In this document: positions 1 through 8,714 of the stretch, one piece after another
Layout: each line of letters opens with the position of its first letter
Numbering within the stretch: position 1 is the stretch's first letter
Assembly (NCBI RefSeq): GCF_006345805.1
Contig: NW_021827286.1
Span: 1-10,571 of the forward strand
DNA: 10,571 nt
From: Octopus sinensis
Taxonomy: Eukaryota
Reading direction: 5' to 3'
The notes under the pieces: model-generated
Database searches by the model: none
Told to the model about the DNA's origin: nothing
What the model saw: only the letters and a program-made list of their open reading frames with translations
Program-made: the position numbers and the translations under genes

Positions 1-50
1 GTGACCAGCGATGTGTAAAACAACATTGATGGTCTGGCCGGTCACGTGAT

Positions 51-104
51 AATATATTATATTATAATATATATATATATATGTGTGTGTGTGTATGTTG
101 TGTG
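51..104. repeat. (TA)n/(TG)n compound microsatellite
   Basis: Directly visible TA then TG runs, at the position of the internal microsatellite seen in full family A SINEs. Confidence 0.9.
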
Positions 105-310
105 TCTGTATTTGTCCCCCAAATCGCTTAGAACTGATGGTAGCGTGTTTACGTCCACGTAACTTAGCGGCTTGGCAAAAGAAACCGATAGAATAAGTAC
201 TAGGCTTCCAAAGAATAAGTCCTGCGATCGATTTGCTCGACTAAAGGTGGTGCTCCAGCATGGCCGCAGTCAAATTACTGAAACATGTATAAGAGTAAAA
301 TAGTAAAAGA
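105..310 (+). mobile_element. Family A SINE, 3' (tail) half only
   Basis: tttgtcccccaaatcgct...gtgtttacgtcc...gatagaataagtactaggctt...gctcgactaaaggtggtgctccagcatggccgcagtc...agagtaaaatagtaaaag aligns by eye with 8051-8250 and with the reverse complements of 1502-1700, 5356-5550 and 8263-8462. Confidence 0.9.
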
Positions 311-415
311 TATATATATATATCTTTGGTGGTGCTATTAAGTTAGACATGGCCTGGACCAATCTCTGGTCGAAACATATCTAAGTTTATCTAAGTTTAT
401 ATATACATATATATC

Positions 416-448
<33 letters not shown>

Positions 449-492
449 AGAGAGAGAGAGAAGAGAGAGAGAGAAGAGAGAGAGAAAGAGAG
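416..492. repeat. (GA)n microsatellite
   Basis: Interrupted gagaga/gaaga run; source of the S/L-rich ORFs 338..562 and 397..660. Confidence 0.95.
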
Positions 493-1126
493 GTTCATTG
501 TTGTTCTCCAATTTCGGATGCCCGAAATTGGCACAACGCGAATGCAGAAGACACCATGACAACGTGGCAAGAACGATCCGTTGGGAGCTCTGTGGAGATC
601 ACGGCCTACAAAGTGGCATGAGCAAACCCTGGAAGGAGTCACTGAAAATGAGAATTGCAAAATCCTGTAGGATGCAATGATCCATTGTGATTACCCGACC
701 AGATATCGGAAACCAGACATTGTTGTGGTGAATAAAAAAGAAAGAACATGTATGATAATCGACACAGCATGTCCCGGTGACAACAGGATCAACGTGAAAG
801 AAGAAGAAAAAATAGACACATATGAAGATTTGAAGTGAGAAATATAAAAATTTTTGGTCAATGAAGAGAGTAGACGTGATACTGATAGTAATTGTTGCTC
901 TTGGAAGTATCAGCACTCAACTACCAGCATGGATGAAGAAGATTGGTGCAAGTGTGAAGGTAGAACGCCTACGAAAATCTGCATTGTTTGGCACTACAGG
1001 AATTCTTCGCAGATTTCTTGACCAGTGTGATATGTGACTTGTGCAATCGTTCACGGCATCCCAAATTCCAGCGGCTGTTATCGGCCTATCACATAACATC
1101 GCGTCAGCCGCGGCTCTCTGCAGCTG
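493..1126 (+). mobile_element. Decayed 3' fragment of an RLE non-LTR retrotransposon (R4/Dong-like), element A, with 3' UTR
   Basis: Manual translation across frameshifts: GCPKLAQRECRRHHDNVARTIRWELC / KWHEQTLEGVTENENCKIL*DAMIHCDYPTRYRKPDIVVVNKKERTCMIIDTACPGDNRINVKEEEKIDTYEDLK*EI / FWSMKRVDVILIVIVALGSIS...KSALFGTTGILRRFLD. This contains the end of the CCHC knuckle, an RHD-like motif (552-560), the catalytic PD (713-718), I-D-x-A-x-P and E-K-x-x-x-Y-x-x-L, typical of R4/Dong-clade RLE domains. Stops at 668, 836 and 845 plus frameshifts. About 90 nt of UTR then run directly into (TAA)n. Confidence 0.85.
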
Positions 1127-1146
1127 ATAATAATAATATAATAATA

Positions 1147-1180
<34 letters not shown>

Positions 1181-1250
1181 AATAAATATAATAATAATAA
1201 TAATAAAATTAAATGATAATATAATAATAATAATAATGATAATAATAATG

Positions 1251-1281
<31 letters not shown>

Positions 1282-1402
1282 TGATAATAATAATAATAAT
1301 AATATGATAATAATAATAATAATAAATAATAATGATGATAATAATAATAATAATAATAATGATAATAATAATAATACTAATAATGATAATAATAATAATA
1401 TA

Positions 1403-1465
<63 letters not shown>

Positions 1466-1467
1466 AA
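1127..1467. repeat. Degenerate (TAA)n array (~1127-1435) switching to (AAG)n (~1436-1467)
   Basis: Directly visible; source of the poly-I/L/Y ORF 917..1477. Confidence 0.97.
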
Positions 1468-1501
1468 AGCAACACAAGAAAGAAGAATGTTTTTTTATTC
1501 T

Positions 1502-1910
1502 TTATTTACTCTTTTACTTGTTTCAGTCAGTTGACTGCAGAGCCATGCTGGAGCAACGCCTTTAGTCGAGCAAATCGACCCCGGGACTTATTCTTTGTAA
1601 GCCCAGTACTTATTCTATCGGTCTCTTTTTGCCGAACCGCTCAGTGACGGGGACGTAAACACACCAACATCGGTTGTCAAGCAATGCTAGGGGGACAGAC
1701 ACAGACACACAAAGACACACACACATACACACACACACACATATACGACGGGCTTCCTTCAGCTTCCGTCTACCAAATCCACTCACAAGGCATTGGTCGG
1801 CCCGGGGCTATAGCAGAAGACACTTGCCCAAGATGCCACGCAGTGGGACTGAACCCGGAACCATGTGGTTGGTTAGCAAGCTACTTGCCACACAGCCACT
1901 CCTGCGCCTA
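1502..1910 (-). mobile_element. Full-length family A tRNA-derived SINE
   Basis: Reverse complement reads taggcgcaggagtggctgtgtgg (A-box-like)...gggttcagtccc (B-box-like)...cttgggcaagtgtcttc..., then an internal TA/TG microsatellite (~1700-1745) and a tail ending gtaaaagagtaaa. Confidence 0.93.
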
Positions 1911-2840
1911 TTTGTATGCAAAACAGAATAAAAAAAACACGGATACAATGACTTCAGATGACATCGTTGCAGAAATGGTCAAAGTGACAAAAAATAAACT
2001 GAAAACGGAACTACAAGATGTCTAAAGAAGAAATGAAGACAGAAAATCACTCTATAGCCTATATCCTTCAAGGCTTGACAGAAAAGAAGTGAGTCTAAGT
2101 AAGAGCCAACAATGGCTTAAAAGCTCTGAACTAAAAGCTGATATGGTAGGACTGATTTTTTTCTGCACTAAATGCAAACAACTATAAAAGCAAAATAATG
2201 AAAATAGGCCCAAACGTCAAATGCAGAATGTGCAACCAGTACACTGAGACAGTTGTCCACATCATCCCTAGCTGTCCAGTCCTTGCCGAGTCTGAATACG
2301 TATACAGATACGACCGAGTATGTCGTTATATCTACTGGACAATAAGCCAACACTTACAACATAAAACCTGACAATAAATAGCATAAACATGTAACAAACA
2401 AAGCACAAGACAACAACCACGCCACAATCATCTGAGATATGACTCTTCAAACCGACAAAGAAATAGAAGCTAATCAATCAGACATAGCAACCAAGGATTG
2501 GAAAATAAACCACTGGCTTGCTGATAGATATTGCAGTACCTCCTGATCAAAATATTGTCCAAAAAGAGATGGAGAAATTTTCGAAGTACAAAGACCTCGA
2601 AATTAAAGTATTCAAGATGTGGGGCATGTAAGTGAAAACAATACCAGTAATAACTGGGAGATCAGGCATGATAAAAAATATGAACAAAAACGTAGAAGCT
2701 ATAACTGGATCTTCAACATTACATACTATCCCAAAAATATCCCTGCTAGGAACGGCTCACATCCTACGCAAGACACAATCAATTCAATAATACAATTTAA
2801 ACAAAACAATCTGGGGTCTTGGTGGTCCAGAATAATGATT
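1911..2840 (+). mobile_element. Decayed 3' fragment of a second, divergent R4/Dong-like RLE retrotransposon, element B
   Basis: Translation across frameshifts: SQQWLKSSELKADMVGLI / NNYKSKIMK..KCRMCNQYTETVVHIIPSC (exact C-X2-C-X8-H-X4-C at 2222-2275) PVLAESEYVYRYDRVCRYIYW / ATII*DMTLQTDKEIEANQSDI / LLIDIAVPPDQNIVQKEMEKFSKYKDLEIKVFKMWGM*VKTIPVITG / SLLGTAHILRKTQSIQ* (stop 2788-2790). Zinc knuckle, RLE and the C-terminal LLGTAHILRK motif. The 3' UTR boundary is approximate. Confidence 0.88.
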
Positions 2841-3446
2841 AGAAATTGATTCCATCATCGAATAATACCAGCTTCCGTCTTCAGGGAAGAATTTTACATT
2901 TGAGGTGTTGACAGAAAGGAGAAGCCATAAAAGGAATAACTCATATAAAAACTTCGTATGGAGGACCCAACAAGTGACACATTTATGACATCCCACTTTG
3001 ACGGTTATTTCCAAGCAATTCAAGGGCAAAGAATCGTAATCAAATGTCTGCTGCATAAATGAAAATAGGAACAGAAACCATTGATGAAAATAAACGTCAC
3101 TAAAGGGTGGCAACTCCGTAAAAATAGGCACAGTGACCCCTTAAATACAGAAATAGCGATAAATTGCGTATGTAATTGACTTAAACACCATTAAAGGCGA
3201 TGGTTCAAAGTAAACTGCTATTGAATGTCTAAAGACAAGAAAATGCACAAGATTTTTGGTCTTTTAATTTTTTTTATGATCCATGGTCTTCATTAATCTA
3301 TGCCAGAAAACACCTATTAAAACTGCAGCGTGTATGTATTCTATAAGTAACAACATATCTTTGAAGCGAACCTCTGACATAAATCTAGGTTCGGGCGTTG
3401 TTTAATTCATAATAAGAATAATGTTTACCGCGATAATGGCATATAT

Positions 3447-3841
3447 TCTTTTCTACTCTAGGCACAAGGCCAGAAATTTTGGGGGAGGTGGCCAGCCGAT
3501 TAGATTGACCCCCGTACGCAGCTGCTATTTCATTTATCAACCCCGAAAAGATAAGAGGCAAAGTCGACCTTGGTGGAATTTGAACACCGAATGTAAAGAC
3601 AGATGAAATACCTATTTCTTTACTACCCACAAGGGGCTAAACTTAGAGAGGACAAGTACAGACAAACGGATTAAGTCGATTACATCGACCCCAGTGCGTA
3701 ACTGGTACTTATTTAATCGACCTCACAAGGATGAAAGGCAAAGTAGGCCTCGGCGGAATTTGAACTCAGAACGTAGCGGCAGGCGAAATACCGCAACGCA
3801 TTTCGCCCGGCGTGCTAACGTTTGTTCCAGCTCGCCGCCCT
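3447..3841 (-). mobile_element. Dimeric family B tRNA-derived SINE (full left monomer 3841-3613, A-box-less right monomer 3612-3447)
   Basis: Reverse complement starts ggcggcgagctgg..aaacgttagcacgccgggcg. B-box-like gagttcaaattcc at 3755-3767 and a homologous gtgttcaaattcc at 3575-3587 (offset 180 bp). Both monomers carry gcctttcatcctt..gg.gtcgat..a.taagtacc-like and ggggtcgat..aatcgac-like blocks. Flanked by the exact 15-bp direct repeat GATAATGGCATATAT (3432-3446, 3842-3856). Confidence 0.9.
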
Positions 3842-4572
3842 GATAATGGCATATATCAACAAAGATAATGATTCTCTGTGTAACAGCATTGATAGTTATA
3901 TCAATGAGTAAGTAGGATTGATAATATGGAAAGGAATTATGATAAAGTGTATAGTGGTAGTACTATTGGTAATGAAAATGTAGCTCTTTGTGTTTAATAC
4001 TAAGATATTCCTGACTGATCTATGATCAAAGAGTGTTCTGTACATGGCGTACTACATTATATATAAATCATATAAACATTAAGTATATTAGGGTGAAATT
4101 TGCATAATGTTTTGTAACGTCGAAGAAGATATAGTTTTAGTTCTGTATTGATAATTTAAATCATGACTTTTCGTCACTGGTAAATTTGAAAATGGAATTT
4201 TTGTTAATTATATTTTGTCTCATGTTTATATTATATTTTGCATCGTACTTTACTTAACAGCATTAACACACCGTTAAATAGATTCTGTAATAGGTTATCT
4301 GGCCTTTGCACAAAGAAAATAATTCCTACATGTATTGGTAAATCCAATATTCATGTACAGAAATGAGTAACTTTCATTGCAACACACAAGGACATAGATA
4401 TCTCTTGCATGTAATTATACAGAATCTAGTAATTAATCCTACGACTATATGAACATTAATTGAAGTCACCTGACAGCCCGTTGATATATTTGGTTACTTT
4501 CGACTAATGACATTTATTTTAGTTCCTAGCTACGCCACATGTTTCTTTCAAATACTTAATTATTATTATCCA

Positions 4573-4573
<1 letters not shown>

Positions 4574-4605
<32 letters not shown>

Positions 4606-4607
4606 TA

Positions 4608-4646
<39 letters not shown>

Positions 4647-4902
4647 TATATAATAATGAATAATAATCAAAATAATAATAATAACATAATAAATAATGAT
4701 GATGATATATAATAATAATAAATAATAATAATGAATAATATAATAATAATGATAAATAATAATAATAATAATAATAAATAATAATAATGATTATAATATA
4801 TAATAATAATAGAATAATAATAATAATAATTATAATAATAAATAATAATGATAATATAATATAATAATAATAATAATAATAATAATCATAATAATGATGA
4901 TG

Positions 4903-4938
<36 letters not shown>

Positions 4939-4999
4939 GAATAATAATGATAATAATAATAATAATATAATAATAATGATGATGATAATAATAATAATA

Positions 5000-5045
<46 letters not shown>

Positions 5046-5046
5046 G

Positions 5047-5083
<37 letters not shown>

Positions 5084-5269
5084 TGATATAATAATAAATA
5101 ATAATAATTAATGATATAATATAATAATAATATAATATAATAATAATAATATGATGATGATATAATAATAATAATAATAATAATAAATAATAATAATAAT
5201 GATAATAATAATAATAATAATATAATAATAATAATATAATAATAATAATAATAATAATAATATGATAAC

Positions 5270-5298
<29 letters not shown>
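4574..5298. repeat. Long degenerate (TAA)n array (~725 bp) with TGA and TA interruptions
   Basis: Directly visible; source of ORFs 4830..5408 and 5032..5271. Confidence 0.97.
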
Positions 5299-5301
<3 letters not shown>

Positions 5302-5355
5302 TTATCGTTCATAATTGAATTTATCCAACAGCTCCATGTTAAGTAAGCAAATTTT

Positions 5356-5824
5356 TTACTTACTCTTTTACTTGTTTCAGTCATTTGACTGTGGCCGTGC
5401 TGGAGCACCGCCTTTTAGTCGAGCAAATCGACCCCAGAACTTACTCTTTGTAAGCCTAGTACTTATTCTATCGGTCACTTTTGACGAATCGCTACGTTAC
5501 GGGGACGTAAACTCACCAGCATCGGTTATGAAGCGATGTTGGGGGGGACAAACACAGACACACAAACATATACAAACAAGTACATACATACATACATTCA
5601 CACACACACACACACGCACGCACACACACGCACTCACACACACATAAATATATATATATATAGGGTTTCTTTTGAGTTTCCGTCTACCAAATCCACTCAC
5701 AAGGCTTTGGTCGGCCCGAAGTTATAGTAGAAGACACTTCCCCAAGTTGCCACGCAGTAATAATGAATCCAGCACCACGTGGTTGATAAGCAAGCTACTT
5801 ACCACACAGCCACTCCTGCGCCTA
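5356..5824 (-). mobile_element. Full-length family A SINE with expanded (~110 bp) internal CA/TA microsatellite
   Basis: Same head (ends cactcctgcgccta) and tail (actcttttacttgtttcagtcatttgac) as 1502-1910. The B-box region is more decayed. Confidence 0.93.
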
Positions 5825-5825
5825 T

Positions 5826-6420
5826 AAATCTTAGGAAAATCCTATTCATAACCAATTTGCATTCTACATATTGCATCTAAATTTTACATCAAGCAACTCA
5901 AATACCGCCGAATTTGTGTAGTAATAGATCCATTTTTACGATTTGTTACGTTTGACCATTGTACAAAAACAGTTATCAGCAAACATAAATCTCGTTTACT
6001 TTTGTATTCATCACCAATTGGCAAAGAATTTCATCTTTAACGCTAGTTACATAGGGATTCTCACTGGCCCTCATAGCATTAATGTCAAAATATTTTACAC
6101 TTTTACGTATTTTACGTATTTTATGTAACAAAAATATGATATATTCAAACACGTTATTCTCTTACTTATTTCCTTCTTACACTAAAACCTACAACCACCT
6201 GTATTTAAACTCAACATCTACAGTTATATTATTGGTTTGCACTCTACCCATATTGGAACATATAATTAGACAGACTCAACCAATACTTCTAAAACCTCTC
6301 ATGATCTAATTGATTATATCATCGGTATCTCTTTGCCATTTTTCTACTAATTATATTTTACCCACCTCCCTTCACCTCACCATACCATGCATAACCTTCC
6401 AATTTTAACTCCCAAATTAT
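5826..6420 (-). pseudogene. Probable highly decayed AP-endonuclease (APE) domain of a LINE
   Basis: Minus-strand translation gives, in the expected order, LEGYAWYGEVKGGG (6402-6361), LVEKW, KYFDINA (GDxN-like, D at 6086-6084), MDLLL (IDYIL-like, 5933) and att ggt tat g/aat agg att ttc, compatible with IGSDHNRIF after a small deletion. Many stops, so the call rests on motif order only. Confidence 0.45.
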
Positions 6421-6636
6421 TCTGTATATTATAAAAGTCTATACGTTCGTAACGATTTTATAATTTCTTTTATTTAAAAACCCAGATCAATTTAATTTTG
6501 TAAAGATGTTATCATTCTACGAATCAATTTAAATTGTTATGTCTTTTAATATTATAAAATTCTTTTTTTTTTTTACATTTTCTCCCAAATTAATAGTCAT
6601 CTCTCTCACCCACTTAGCTTAAACATAATACCCCAA

Positions 6637-6735
6637 ATATATATATGCAAAACATATGCATACATATATAAGTATGCATATATATATATATGTATATATG
6701 CATGTATATATACTTATATATATATGTATATTATC

Positions 6736-6782
<47 letters not shown>

Positions 6783-6795
6783 TATCTATATATAC
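6637..6795. repeat. (TA)n-rich microsatellite
   Basis: Directly visible. Confidence 0.95.
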
Positions 6796-7044
6796 AAGTG
6801 TATGCATGAAGGTATGGTATGTTTGAAAATATTCTTTGGAAATTAAAAATTAGCAAAAGATCTCTTATAAATCAGAATTTACTATTTATTCTACTTTTCT
6901 TAAAGAGTCAAAACTGCTTGCATAACAATTTCATTGTTCTTTCAAGTATCTCTTAATCTATTTTCAAAAATAGACTTTCAGTTAATTTTCAAATATAAGG
7001 AATTCCTTTCAAATATTAACATTGTATACGAAGATCTATGTATT

Positions 7045-7150
7045 TAGGTGCTGGTGTGGCAGTAAGAATTTAACTTCCCAACCACGTGGTCCTGGGCTCA
7101 GTTCTCCTGCATCTCACCTTGTACAATTGTGTTCCCTTATAGTATTGGGC
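7045..7150 (+). mobile_element. Old, truncated family A SINE head
   Basis: taggtgctggtgtggc-agtaag..ttcccaaccacgtggtcctgggctcagttc..tgc...caccttgtacaattgtgttc..tatagtattgggc aligns by eye with the head at 7841-7952. Confidence 0.7.
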
Positions 7151-7201
7151 TATATGCATACACCACACACACAACACACACATATATATATATATATATA
7201 A

Positions 7202-7237
<36 letters not shown>

Positions 7238-7281
7238 TATATATATTATATATATATATATATAACATATGTATGTATGTA
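7151..7281. repeat. (CA)n/(TA)n microsatellite
   Basis: Directly visible. Confidence 0.95.
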
Positions 7282-7284
7282 AGT

Positions 7285-7705
7285 TTGTTCCCCTTCGCCG
7301 TCCACAGAAATAGCGTTCCCAATACTTTTTTTCGTTCGGCTTAACAGCCCTTCTTGTCTTGTTATTTTCTTTGTCCTGTCTTTTACTGTTTATATTTTGT
7401 ACTGTCGTTACTGTCCTGTTTTTGTTACCATTTTTACCCCTCTGCAAAAAGATCTCAATTTTTATTTGATTTGCTTTACGCAGGAAGGAAAGTTTCTATT
7501 GAAGATACGTCTCGCCTTCACCTTCGAAACGTAGAGCAGATGAAACCATGGTGACTGAAGAAGGGGTTTTTTCCTTGTGTTATTTGTCCTGTACTCTATT
7601 TTTTTTTTTGTTTAAGAAAATGTCCAGTTCCTTGGGTTTTTGTGTCTATGTTTTCGTTTCTCATGTGTTCGACGACGTTTTTTTTGTGTGTCCTGTACTC
7701 ATATA
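7285..7705 (+). mobile_element. Unclassified T-rich interspersed repeat, possibly a Penelope-like element terminal repeat
   Basis: Strong T bias, recurrent gtcctgt motifs, and a TGAAGA-T...C-GAAACGTA motif like those in PLE terminal repeats. No ORF support. Confidence 0.35.
7493..7539 (+). ncRNA. Degenerate minimal type I hammerhead-like motif
   Basis: TTGAAGA (7499-7505; CUGANGA core with C3>U), 20-nt stem II region, GAAAC (7526-7530), GTA triplet (7531-7533), giving a palindromic ACGU helix III. Stems I and II pair poorly. Confidence 0.25.
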
Positions 7706-7840
7706 TGCGTGTATATATACATGTAGAGGTAGGTACGGTACATATTGTTATATATTATATGCATATGTTTTATTTATTAATATATTATATGACGGAACGC
7801 ACGCATCCCTTTCTAATTAAGATTGTTCTATATATATATA

Positions 7841-8250
7841 TAGGCGCAGGAGTGGCTGTGTGGTAAATAGCTTGATTACCAACCACATGGTTCCGGGTTC
7901 AGTCCCACTGCGTGGCATCTTGGGCAAGTGTCTTCTGCTATAGCCCCGGGCCGACCAATGCCTTGTGAGTGGATTTAGTAGACGGAAACTGAAACAAGCT
8001 TGTCGTATATATGTGTTTATATATATGTGTGTGTGTGTTTGTGTGTATGTGTTTGTTCCTCTAGCATTGCTTGACAACCGATGCTGGTGTGTTTACGTCC
8101 CCGTCACTTAGCGGTTCGGCAAAAAGAGACCGATAGAATAAGTACTGGGCTTACAAAAAGAATAAGTCCCGAGTTCAAGTTGCTCGACTAAAGGCGGTGC
8201 TCCAGCATGGCTGCAGTAAAATGACTGAAACAAGTAAAATAGTAAAGAGA
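7841..8250 (+). mobile_element. Full-length family A SINE
   Basis: A-box-like TGGCTGTGTGG at 7853-7863, B-box-like GGTTCAGTCCC at 7896-7906, ttgggcaagtgtctt (resembling the CORE-SINE motif), internal microsatellite 8006-8050, tail ending aagtaaaatagtaaag. Confidence 0.95.
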
Positions 8251-8262
8251 GAGTATATGTAT

Positions 8263-8677
8263 CTCTTTTACTCTTTTACTTGTTTCAGTCATTTGATTGT
8301 GGCCATGCTGGAGCACCACCTTTAGTCAAACAAATTGACCCCAGGACTTATCCTTTGTAAGTCTAGTACTTATTCTATCGGTGTCTTCTTGGCCGAACCG
8401 CTAAGTTACGGGGCATAAACACACCAGCATCGGTTATCAAGCGATGTTGATGGGGGACAAACACAGACACACATACACATACACACACATACGCATATAT
8501 ATATAGATATATATGACGGGCTTCTTTCAGTTTCCGTCTACCAAATCCACTCACAAGGATTTGGTCGGCCCAAGGGTATAGTAAAAACACTTACCCAAGG
8601 CGCTACGCAGTGGGACTGAACCTGGAACCATGTTGTTCGTAAGCAAGCTACATACCACAGAGCCACTCCTACGTCTA
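8263..8677 (-). mobile_element. Full-length family A SINE, inverted tail-to-tail with 7841-8250
   Basis: Reverse-complement homology over the whole length. Candidate 10-bp TSD GTATATGTAT at 8253-8262 and 8679-8688. Confidence 0.93.
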
Positions 8678-8714
8678 TGTATATGTATATAGGTGTGTGT
8701 GTGCGTGTGTGTTT

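Noticed and set aside
1489-1938. Imperfect inverted repeat gtttttttattct / agaataaaaaaaac around the SINE at 1502-1910
   Set aside because: Low-complexity A/T runs, likely chance. SINEs do not have TIRs and there is no TSD.
2784-3131. 115-aa minus-strand ORF
   Set aside because: No recognisable motif, overlaps the antisense end of element B, and its length is compatible with chance.
3367-3393. 7-bp inverted repeat cgaacct/aggttcg
   Set aside because: Short stem with a 13-nt loop; expected by chance in 10 kb.
7460-7556. Acceptor-like ttgctttacgcAG (7482-7483) and GTGACT donor defining a 67-nt exon
   Set aside because: Weak donor inside a probable interspersed repeat, with no coding support.
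7841-7915. tRNA gene
   Set aside because: A/B boxes are present but there is no full cloverleaf, and it is embedded in a multicopy SINE head.
8325-8339. Apparent compensatory change GTCAA/TTGAC preserving the SINE stem
   Set aside because: Both changes are CpG transitions, and other CpGs in this copy have also decayed, so this is not evidence of selection.
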